Shown: positions 38,906 to 50,189 of the stretch, piece by piece
How the letters are laid out: every line of letters begins with the position of its first letter
Numbering within the stretch: the first letter of the stretch is position 1
Assembly (NCBI RefSeq): GCF_018350175.1
Contig: NC_058368.1
Location: 222,086,001 to 222,150,000, forward strand
Reading direction: 5' to 3'
Length of the DNA: 64,000 bases
Source of the DNA: Felis catus
Taxonomy: Eukaryota
Notes under the pieces: generated by a model
The model's database searches: none
What the model saw: the letters and a program-made list of their open reading frames with translations, nothing else
Told to the model about the DNA's origin: nothing
Translations under genes and position numbers: made by a program

Positions 38906-40365
38906 ATTGGATTAAAATCTTCCATCTTGTTAGATGTTCTCTTTATTTCTTATCTATTTTTTTCTTTTTGTTCCTTTCTTCCTTGTGTTTGTATTATATC
39001 TTTATAATTCTATTTACTCTCTACTACTATCTTATTATTCATGCCTTTTTTTAAAAAAAATGTATTGTATCTGGGGATTACAATATACAATTTAACTTAG
39101 TTAACCTTTTGGTATCAAAATAAACTCATCTCCATATGTATTACAATTCATTATGAGTAGAAGGTTTTCAATGAAAAGAAAAGTTAGGTTTATAATACTA
39201 GATCATTGATAATGTCACTAAAAATCCTTCAGGTGCCTCTCAATCTTGATTTTTCCAGATACTTTCTTTTTTCAACTATTTATCTAGAAAACTCAAACAG
39301 AAAAGTATGTCAAAAAGGGGGGAACATACACGTTTGGCAGAAAAGTAGCAAATTGACATGGAAAATTAGATTTTAATTATAAAGATTATAGCTGGAATAA
39401 AACATTGAAAAAAGAATGGAAAGTGTAGCATATTTGAATCAATAAATTGCTAACCAAATTCTTCAGTTTCATCCCTTTCATAAAAACTTAAAGACACATA
39501 TATGCTCACATGAATATTCCTACTCTTTTTTTTTTTTTTAATTACAGTTCCCTTTGTTTCAATTTCCATTTGTATGCTGGTTTCTGTCATTAGGTATTAC
39601 AGCTTCTTAGTTCCTATGAAGTTTATTTGTTCTGAGTTCTTCATCTAATACTACCCTTTTGGTTTTTAATTTTGCATGCTTAACAAACGGTTAGTAAGAG
39701 TGGAGGATAAGTTAATCAAAGAATATAGGAAAATTGATTTTTGTATATAGTATCCTTTTTAAACGAAGGGATGTTTTAAGAGAAAGGCATGCAAGAAAGA
39801 AAAGTAAGGTGATCTCTTAAAGTTTGTGCGTGTGGTTTCCGACATAAAGAGTGTGTATTATCCTTTGCTATTCTTGCTGCTGGGGGAAAACATGTTTATT
39901 GAAATCGACTGCATTTTAAGAAGCTTGTCATATTCTCTAAGAATAAATACCAAACTTCTCTGTCCACAGTTTAATTTAAATACAGAAAAAGTGAAATCCC
40001 TTAAATCTGTTTCTATTGCACCATTGGTATGAAAAACGTGTGACTAACCAATTTTAAATAGACCTACTTCAAGGAGAAAAGAAAAACAAAGAGTAACATA
40101 TTATTTTTTTAATGTATGTACTGACTTCAATAGCAGGAAAATAGATTTCATAGATTAAGAATCTAAACACATCCTTGATAACAAAGGGATTTTCAAAAAG
40201 GATATTTGAACGGAACCTGAAATGTAATCAATTTAAACAAATCCAATCCAAAGCATCATTTTAGAGCTTAAAGAGCTAAACATGCTTCAGAATTGGTCCT
40301 TAACAAAACAGCAGAGACAAAGTTGTCTTTTCCCTACCTCTTTCTTTTTCAGCTTGTCTTTTTCC

Positions 40366-40580
40366 TTTTTTTAAGTTTATTGATTAATTTTGAGAGAGAC
40401 AGAGACAGCAGAGAAGTAGGAAAGGAAAAGAAAATGAGGGGTAGAGAGAGAATCCCAAGCAGACTCCGCACAGCCAGCACAGAACCCAGTGCGGTGCTCA
40501 AACCCACAAAGCTGCGAGATCATGACCTAAGCCAAATACCAAGAGTTGGACATGTAACCGACTGAGCCCCTAGGCATTCC
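40366..40580 (-). mobile_element. SINEC
   Basis: Reverse SINE, diverged. Confidence 0.9.
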
Positions 40581-41632
40581 TTCCTTTTCCTTTTTCTCCC
40601 CTATCTCAAAAAACCCTCCTGTAATGTGTCCATTCTGGAAACAAAACTGCTTCTTTCAAGCACTATCTTGGACACTATATCCCTACTGTATCCATGAATC
40701 CAGTTTTTCCTAAACGTGGACTAAAGATTTCCATTCCTGAAAAGCTAATTCCACATCAATAATCCTTGAAGAATTAAAAAGAATTCAATCAGATACAACC
40801 TCTACATCAGCAAAATATTTCAAGGTGGAAGGGAGCACTGGCGCTGGGTTTGTGCTCACTTAATAACATTATTAATGATGTGGATGAATGAACAAATATT
40901 ATGAAAAGGAAATTCATAGGTATTAAATATGTAGAGTATGCAGAAACAAATAGGCTGGAAGGTGATGTCTGCAAAATGACCTAGAGAGGTTAAAAAAGTT
41001 AATAACTGCCCAATATTCTTCTAGTTTTCAATAAACTACATCACTTAACTGGTAAAAATAGTCAAGAAATATGCAGCAATGATATCTAAGCCAAAAGGTG
41101 AAGAGGAGAAATTATATAATGCTGCATTTTTGTATAGTACAGTATCTTATGAACATTTCTAAAGTTTTAATTCACACATGAAACAAACCAAACCAAAAAC
41201 AGTAGTTCAATTGTTCTTCACTGAGAAGATAAATTATTTATGTGGAAGCATATTCAAACTCACATACATAACATGGGTAATCTCTTTATTGGGAAGTTAT
41301 TCATAGCATTTAAGTAACTTGGGATCTTAGGAACTCATTAATTTTCATCAATAATTGATAATCAAGATTCAGTATATAAAAAATCATGATCTAATATTGA
41401 AAGGTGAACCATTTTAACCTTCATATTGTTTTTCACCTTGGCTGTGGGTTGGAATTCATTCTCAGTCTCTATAGTTTATTTTGAAACATTTTCATGTGAA
41501 GGTCATACAAATATTTTATTATTCCTAATTTGGGGAAAGTTGTTAACTTATTACATCATTCATTGCTTAATTTCCTTTGGTGATCCAATGTAAATAATTT
41601 TTTCTATATTCTTGCTATTTTAAAAATTCAGA

Positions 41633-41635
<3 letters not shown>

Positions 41636-41670
<35 letters not shown>
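41636..41670. repeat. (TA)n microsatellite
   Basis: Seen directly. Confidence 0.95.
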
Positions 41671-41674
<4 letters not shown>

Positions 41675-44600
41675 GCATTCACATACTCAATATCTATGAA
41701 AGAACTTAACTTCGAAAATAAACAAATTAGAATCTTTTTAGGTCACATAATATAATATCTATGGCATTCCTACTTTTACCATGACTCAAGTTAATATCAT
41801 TTCATTGTCATTCATTAGATTTCACACGTAAAAAGAAACATCATGTGCTACATGATAAAATAGAAATGAAACCAAATACAGTGTTTTAGGAAATTACAAA
41901 AAAGTTTTATTTTACCTTAGGGGACATATAATAAAATCTCTCTTCCTTAGTATTTTGCTCACTATCTAGCAAAATTGAATGGAATCTACAAGCATTTTTA
42001 ACAAGGTTACTTCCGAATTTTTCAGCATATCACAATCAGATATTTACTCAGGCCACTGTTCACATTCTAGGCTTCTATAAATAAGGTGGAAAAAATTTCA
42101 AAATGATGACACTTTCCTGCCTAGACAAATTTTCATGCAAAATACTCAGTTTCCTCTTTATTGATAACAGAATAGTAAAGAATTCACCTTGTAGATTCAA
42201 TTTTTGTTAGCATTTCTACTTCTACTATAATTAGGTTTTGAGTAATTCCTAGGTATAACCTTTATGTTTAATAATTTAATTTAAATGCACTGATAAAGCA
42301 AATAAAAGTACTAACAAAGTAACTCTCTGTTATCCGCTTATATAAAAGTCCTATAAATTCAAGATTTCCTTGATTTCCGCCATGGTAGCACATCAGTACA
42401 TTTTTTGTGAGTTAACCTTTCTCTTCCTCTACATTAAAAATAGCAATTTTTACTTCCCCATTTAATAGTCTGTGAACTATTTCAGTTTTTTTTTTATGCA
42501 CAGATGATGAATAGAAGCAATGCGTAGTGTTTCGGTTCCATCTATTTTCAAATCTATTAAAATTCCATCAATCTGGGATCTAACAGTTCTCAGGCCCGTG
42601 ATTAATTTTGAAAGAAACAACAACCAACTCCTATGTGATTATTTAGAGCCCACATTTTCTTACCCCTTCTTCAGTTTTAATGGAGCTACCAATGGTTTTG
42701 GCAAAGTTTGTGGTTCACTATTCCTTTAATTCAACATATTTCTTGAAATGGTAAGATATCATGTTATGTAGGGTATAGTCTCTTGCGCCCCTGTTTAGAA
42801 GTGAATTCTGCCACAAGCAACTCTCAAAGATGCCCTAAGCGCTCTTCTGACCTCAGGATACAAGCAGCGAGTTGCAAGGGCCTACTAACTTTGAGAGTAC
42901 TTCGTTAACCGAGTTTACATGATTTTGGTGTTAGAGAAATCAATACAAACAAAAGTCAACAGAGTAATACTTAAACTGTAGAGCTCTTACAAAAAAAAAA
43001 AAAAAAACCCATATGTTCCATGCTTTTTCTCATTTCCAATGCTACCTGACATGACCAAGTCCTCTTGGACACTTCCTCCAGACAGGAGGCCTAGCAAGTA
43101 TACATCCTGAGTATAGAGGGGAGCTGTAGTATAATCAATGTTCTGGCACTTTCTCTTACCTTTTCCAATGATGCACCCATAGACGTGGTGAAGTTGTATC
43201 TGACCTTTTCTAAAACTTAAAAATGCCAATTGGTGAACGAAATTCTATTCAATGATCTCTCCTACAACTCTTATTCTTCTAATTCTAAATTCATAGCAAG
43301 CACTGTGAAACCTCCTGGAATATTTCCCCTGCATTTTGCATCCGGTTTCTATGTACCCTGTGTAAACGGAATGAAAAAGTTGAGGATGGTAAAAATAGTA
43401 TTTATCATACAAGATGTGGGGTAACAATTCAACATAATACAGTGGCTTTTACCTCTGCCTGACCACCATCTCATCAATCTCTAAGGCTCAGTTCAAAATC
43501 AGTTCTCTGAAGCGTTCGTTGGCCCTCAGCATCCTTTATTTCTGCCATAATTCTAGAACTATCCAGAATTATGTTTTTGTCAGCTTTGGTTTGCTTGTTT
43601 TCCTGTTGTCCTCCACAATAAATTTGGAACATGTGTTGGTAAGGTTCATGCATTTTTTTTTTCTGTATATTCAAGACATTAGATTCTGGTTAGATATTCG
43701 ATATATTTCCATGAATGTGTAGTTAATCATATGCTACACAGCAGATTTTAAAGAGTTTAAGTCTCAATGCTTTTGAATTCTAGGGAAAGAAATTCAAAGA
43801 AAGAGAAAGACGTGAGTTATTTTAGGAGCTGGTGTACAAAGACTGAAATGTGAATTTTGAAATTTTGAGTATCAAGTCAAACATATATTTTTTTCAAAGC
43901 AATTAAACTGGGCTTTTAATGATATTGCTTAGACATTCCAGACAAAATGCGTAGCAATGGAACTAATTCTTATAAAATGACTTTGAAATCCCTAAACTCA
44001 AATAAAATCTCATGGAGTCATTATTTGTGATAAAGAATTAATATGTTTTATACCTTCATTATAAAAAATAGTGGAAGAGGGAGGAGGAAAAAAAGCTTTA
44101 TTATGAGTTACAAAATTTAAAACCTAAATTGATCATTTTTATTATTTCAAGACATTTTCCCCCAGAGCTATTTTAGCAGCAACATCAAAGTCGGGAACCT
44201 AGGTTCCTGTAAACAAAAGAGTTTACAGGAGTTTAATTGTATCGCACTATCCCTTTTTCCTCTGTCTCTTAATTTTCTCAGTAGTTTCTAAGGAGTGAAA
44301 ACCATTCCCCATGGAGAGGAGAGTTCCATGGAGGTCTGATGATGGTAATGATCTTTGTGAAACAGAGGCAAGTACTGTCCGCCAAGCTGTTTCTAATGAG
44401 GTGTCTGGGGAAAATCGGGTGGCCTTCTGTTGCGTCTCCTGTACCTAGCTGGCATTATCTTTGTTTGGGGGAGATGTTCTGTCTTCTGCATATAATCATG
44501 GGGCTGTTGGAAGTATCTCTTCTCTGGGCGTCCTGCTGTGGCACAGAGCACTTCTTTTTTTTTTAATTCCTTTTTCCTTTCTTCTTTCCTTTTTTGAAGA

Positions 44601-46189
44601 TATTGATGCCTCTTTGTTCACATGGTCAGTGACAACAGTACAGCCTTCAAGTTTGGCAACTTATGTCAATCTCATCAATGTTTCCATTATACGTGCATTT
44701 TAAGCTCATTACTGCTATGGGTTTATTCTAATTCAAATATAAAATAAATAATCTTAGCAATGGCTAGAGGTTTTATACTCACAGATGACAGAAATATGCA
44801 TCTGGACACACTTTGGGGCACAGAGGACATTTGGGGATATAATTGATAATATGAACTGACGTGTTATTTTGCATATGCTACGCTGTCCACGTTAATATAG
44901 CCTGGGATATATTTATACGGCTCATTGGTTTGAGATTACTAGTTAAGAAAGTAGAAATGACCCTGAGGTGGAAGCAAAGAGTGGCGTTATATGGTGGGAA
45001 ATTAGTCTCTCGTCTCAATACCATCATTTTCTTCCTCAGATGAAGTGTCGTTGTTGTCATCAGTAAAATGTCAATTTTTCGCCATGCGGCTGAAGCCAAT
45101 ACTATAAATATCAAAGGACAAAATGATGGAGTATATTTTTTTTAGCAGGATAGCCATGCAAGCCTGGACTTCTGACCTCTTGACTATTATAGTAAAGACA
45201 GATTAACAATTTTATTTAAGCTACCGTATTTATCGCAATGCACAAGTGCCTACCTTGCTCGGCTCCAAAGGGCACCATTTTCATATAATTCATTCCCAAA
45301 GGTAAATCCATAAGTATACTCCCTTTAACAAATGGCGTATAACATATGGGACGGAGAAGAAACACTTAGGAAGGATGGGGAAATGATCATCTAAATGTCT
45401 ATGTTTATGCATTGCACTTTAGCTGTCACAAGCAGCAATGAACTCATTATAATTATAGGTTCTTAATTTAGAGAAATGATTTTTAATAAAATCATGGAGT
45501 GATGTTAAACAGTAGAGTCTATATTAGTAGAGTCTCTAAATAGTAGAGTTCACTGGGAAAGTGAACAGTAGCCACCAGAAAATATGGTAAACATGGTAAC
45601 CAATGGTCAAGGGAAGATGACAAATAGAATGGGAAAAAATAAAATTAACGCTGACTCATTCGATACATAGAGATAAAATCATACGATTAACCTTTAAAGC
45701 AAAAATACCACTAATGTGATATGAAATGACATATGTAGATATTTTACAGGTTCTATAATTCCTGTTAAAGAATTGGAAATATTTCATTCTACTTCTTTGT
45801 GTACAAGAACACATACTATGTTATAAAATAAATGCATATAGGGTGAAATGGGTCTGTGAAGACAGGAAATGTAGATGAAGAGAGAGATTGTAGAAAGCAT
45901 TTTGTACTGGTCCCAAGGCCCGTTAGTATGTCTTTATATACTATATATATTTGTGTATATATAAAGGCCATGAGTCTGAGACATCTATAAGGATATGGGG
46001 CATTGTGATAGGCATAGTCAGGTATGTTAACAATGACAACAACAACAACAAAACGTGTCATGAGAGCCCTTACATAATATAAGGTCCACAAAGTCTCCTT
46101 GCAGTTCTGTGTTCCACAAAGTTGGATTTTGAAAAGCTGAGGCAGTCTGAGAGCTCTTCACCAAAATATTCTTCCCTTCTTCCTGTGTA

Positions 46190-46480
46190 AACAGCTTGCT
46201 AAAATTTCCACACAACTGAGTCCTAGTTAATATGCACCACTTCCAGGGCTGGACCATAAACCCCCTCCCTGATCCTCCTCTTCTTTCCACATTTGTCAGT
46301 TCAAAATGGAGAACTCCACAACCCTATGGGCGGCTCCAGCTGGAAGAAAGGAGTAGGCCACTTTCCTGAATTACTGGGTAGAGAAAGTCAACCACTGACC
46401 AGGAATGTTTTCATTTGAATGTTGCCAGTGAGAGTAAACTTTAACAATTAATCTACTTTAACCGTGAGAATTGTCAAAAC
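46190..46480 (+). mobile_element. Old MaLR LTR fragment (MLT1J/K-like)
   Basis: caccacttccagggctggaccataaaccccctccc..ctgaattactgggtagagaaag. Confidence 0.4.
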
Positions 46481-47124
46481 ATTGAATGTCACCCAGGCAT
46501 TTACAGGAGACTAATAAATAACTCTCCATTTTTCCCTCCTCAAATTCAGATTGAACTGAGATATAGGTATGGAAGTAAAACAGACAGTGGTAAAATGTTC
46601 CCTCATTTATGGATAAAGCTATTTCAAGGGGTGTGGTTTAGCATTCAGACTTGATCTCATGGGCTTCTAGAGACATAGGGGTAAGTGATCCTCACTCTAG
46701 GTCTCAAGTTCAGTTTTAGTTCTGAGCACACATATACACTTCAAGGAGGATTACAGAGCCTACAGGGGCTGGGATCATTCATAAGGCCTGCTGTTATACC
46801 TAAACTCACTGACCCATGCTGTGTCTGTTAGTCAAATTGCATCTGGTATATTGTGATAAATGAAATGCACCAGCCTTAGATAAGCTAGTCCCTGACACGT
46901 GCCTAGACAAGACTTAGAGAAGAATGGCTTACGGTGTGAGTGTCAAGGCGCACTTTGTTGTCAAGGTGTGGAGCTTCCCGAGTTGTGAGGTAACCTTCAC
47001 TTCTTCAGAAGTTATGATCTGCACTGGGGGCTCTGGGTACCCTGCCGTTTTAGGCATGTTCATTGGTTTGTCTTGAATTTGAATGCACTCTCTTTCTTCT
47101 GTAAGTATTAATGTTTTTTCTTAT

Positions 47125-47362
47125 GTTTTTCAATGTTTATTTTTGAGAGAGAGACAGAGAGAGAAACACAGAGAGAGAGACAGAGTGTGAGCAGGGGAGG
47201 GGCAGAGAGAGAAAGAGAGAGGGAGATACAGAATCTGAAACAGTCTCCAGGTTCTGAGCTGTCAGCCCAGAGCCCGAGGCAGGGGGCTCAACTTTGGAAA
47301 TGGTGAGAACGTGACCTGAGCCAAAGATGGATGCTTAACCGACTGAGTCACCCAGGCACCCC
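47125..47362 (-). mobile_element. SINEC
   Basis: Reverse SINE; TSD-like ttctgtaagt. Confidence 0.93.
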
Positions 47363-47962
47363 TCTTTCTGTAAGTTTTAGTAGCTAGGTTTTATTTGATT
47401 TTCCCAGGTGATTTGCCCACTCATGTGCTTATGGAAGGCACTCTGGTCTTCCTATAAATTTGAACGTACTATTGACGTTAGTAAGAACAAAGGACACGCA
47501 CAAGCAGAGATAGATTGCTGTGCCTTGCATGAAAAGCAAATGAAACTTAAAGTCCTTTTGCAAGTAAGCTTTTGTTCGTTTTGGTTTCTTAGAACTCCCT
47601 GAAATGCTATGATAATTACAGTGGTGTAGTGAGAGTTTCTACTGTTTGCTAAAGCTATCCATGCACAGTAATTTTGCATAACACTGAAGTAGGTAATGCG
47701 GATACTGAGTAATAAAATGATGAAACTGCTACTGCTTTGTACGATGTTTGAATCCCTTTGTCCATTTCTTGGTAGACTGTTCTTAAATAATGTGCTGCTA
47801 CCATTCCCACAAACTGATTTTTTTTGAGTTAAATAGAAGGTGGTTGACATGAGTTGAAATATCTTTGCTACATTAATTGTTTTTTTCCTTGTAATTGAAA
47901 GCGTAAAATTAACAGACACACACACACACGCTTGCACACACATGCACACATACTCAGAGCTC

Positions 47963-47963
<1 letters not shown>

Positions 47964-48008
<45 letters not shown>

Positions 48009-48010
48009 AC
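47964..48010. repeat. (AAC)n microsatellite
   Basis: Seen directly. Confidence 0.95.
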
Positions 48011-49929
48011 ATACTGCCAGAGAAGTAGGAGGATTTGCTGTGGAATAAAAGCTGTAAATGGCACTGCATCCGAACTTTCTGCACAGCCTTGCAGATTTTT
48101 ATGCATTATTCAATCCATTAAAAACCACCTTAGAACATAAAAGCAAACACAATAGAAACTAAATGAGATAGTCACAAAGAACATCAAAAATAGTAATTTA
48201 AGCTCCCATATGATAGCAAGCTTGTTCAGAGTTTAATTTTGGCTCTTTGGGTTCTCTTTAGAATCTAATTCATTTTACACATGCATATGTCTGTAGGGAG
48301 TGGGAGATAGAATTAATTAACCCAAACATCGGACGCCCACTCCTCTAATATTTCTTATGTTAACACACAAATCTGTTCTCTTCATTACTATTAGACCGCA
48401 TTCAAATTACAACACAATTAGAGATCATTAACTCTCTCCTTTGTAATCAGCAATTTTCACAGGCCTCAAATAGACATGCACCTTTAATATATTCCTATTC
48501 ATCTTACACTTTCATTTAGGAGAATGTCAAAACAACTTTTTTTTTTACATTATTGCTATTTGTTTTAGTTTTTGCACCCTGGCTGGTAGAAGATAATTAT
48601 TTCTACTAAACGTCTCTTCCCTTCAATCATTCAAATAGCAATTCATTGCTATTTAAAATGAAAAGAAATGGAAGAAGAAAGAAAGAAACAACACCACTGT
48701 AAAAATCAGATACTTTGGTTCTACAACTTTTGTTTCATGCACAAAGAGGTTTATTTATGTATTCCAAAATATCATGCTGAGGAGGAAGACATCCTCACTT
48801 TTTATTATTTCCTCTGCATTTTAAAAGGAAATGTGTAGGGAACAGATTTTTCCTGAGGTATTATATTCATGAGCTTTAAAGAGGAAGAATATTCAGTATG
48901 CTAAACAATTGCTGTTTACAAAAACATGTTTTATTGATTAATTTACCTAAATTCAGTTAAAGTTTCTTTCAGCTTAATGTACTTGTAGATATAAAACTGT
49001 GTATTTATGTTTTGTGGTAATGTGTTTAATCTGGTGTTACAATTCTAGTGTCCAATAGGTTTTACTCAATTTCAATTTATTCGCTTTATGGTTTGCCAGA
49101 ATGTGCTTATGGAAGGCACTCTGAGTCATGAAAATGAAATTCTAAGCAGGCTAGCACATAACTATTTTTTAATTTATAAGCTTCTCGAGTTTTAGGGGAC
49201 TGTGTTCTCTCTCTCTCAGTCACCCAGCTACAAGAACCCAGAGGGCCCTCGTTGCGGTGCATGGAAAGGCAGTTAAGGGAAAGATGGCCCCTTTATCTGT
49301 CTCTCACAGCGAACAGGCTCTGTCTGGCCTCTCGGTCACACAAATTCTCTCTTCTCTATTTTCCACAAGGCAGCCAGTGTACTGCTCCCCAAACACACAC
49401 CCGAACATGTCAACCCCGTGCTTGGAGGAATGTAATCACTTTGAGTTGTCACGAGCAATTGTTTTGAACAGAATACAGATTCAAAAATAATCTGCTGAAT
49501 ATTGAAGGCCCCCAGGATAAAGTCCAAACTTTAATCTGTCTTCACTTACCAGTGTTCGGTGACCTTTTAGCTTCATTACTGATCATCGCCCTCTGTCACT
49601 AAGGTGACATGAGGCCTCCTCCACAATATTTAGCGGGAGAATACAGGAGGAGATGAGATCATTGCTTCAGCATTTAAATATCTCAGCTCCGAAGGGACAG
49701 ATGTCACTTCTACTCAAATGTCATTGCCCAGTACAAGTCACATGACTGCCCAACTACAAGGCAGATGGGGGATGGAAGTCTCAAATACCAGGGAACAGCA
49801 GTACTATGTGTTACAGTGGCTGAAACACAACAGGAATTTCATAAAAATATTTAAGGAATAATCGAGATTCATTTGACTGCAAGAAGTAGACACAAAAACA
49901 GTTTGGCAAACAAGAGGGATGAACTAGTT

Positions 49930-49930
49930 T

Positions 49931-49968
<38 letters not shown>
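49930..49968. repeat. (TTG)n microsatellite
   Basis: Seen directly; source of the poly-Leu ORF. Confidence 0.95.
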
Positions 49969-49969
<1 letters not shown>

Positions 49970-50189
49970 TTCAAAATCTTAAGAAAGGCAGGGGCATTTC
50001 TTGGCTTTATTTTTCACAGAGACAGTGACTTCTCATTTTTATACACTTTTTCTACTGATTTCCAATCTCTGCTGCCCCTGGACCTCTGTCTTATCTGTCA
50101 GACTGGCCTCTGCCACAGCTATATTACTGAAGACCTCTGGTTCCTGGTTTAGCCTCCCGGACCTAATAGGTCTGTGGGAGTTGGGATAA

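Larger units (their letters stand above)
37460..39100 (-). mobile_element. Old L1 (L1M) fragments interrupted by a SINE and an LTR
   Basis: ttatttagaaatgcattgtttaatttccaaatatg..tttgttttatggctcagaatgtgatttatcttg..ttagttgcatacatatttagaat, antisense L1 endonuclease region. Confidence 0.6.

Noticed and set aside
45511..45550. Three copies of agtagagt with short spacers
   Set aside because: Too short and irregular for an array; slippage-type repeat. CRISPR is not applicable to mammalian DNA.
47452..47949. Longest ORF in the track (165 aa, minus)
   Set aside because: It starts in a (TG)n microsatellite and has no recognisable domain or splice context, so it is probably chance.
47964..49968. (AAC)n and (TTG)n tracts as terminal inverted repeats of an element
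   Set aside because: These are common microsatellites with no TSD or transposase evidence, so coincidence is likely.
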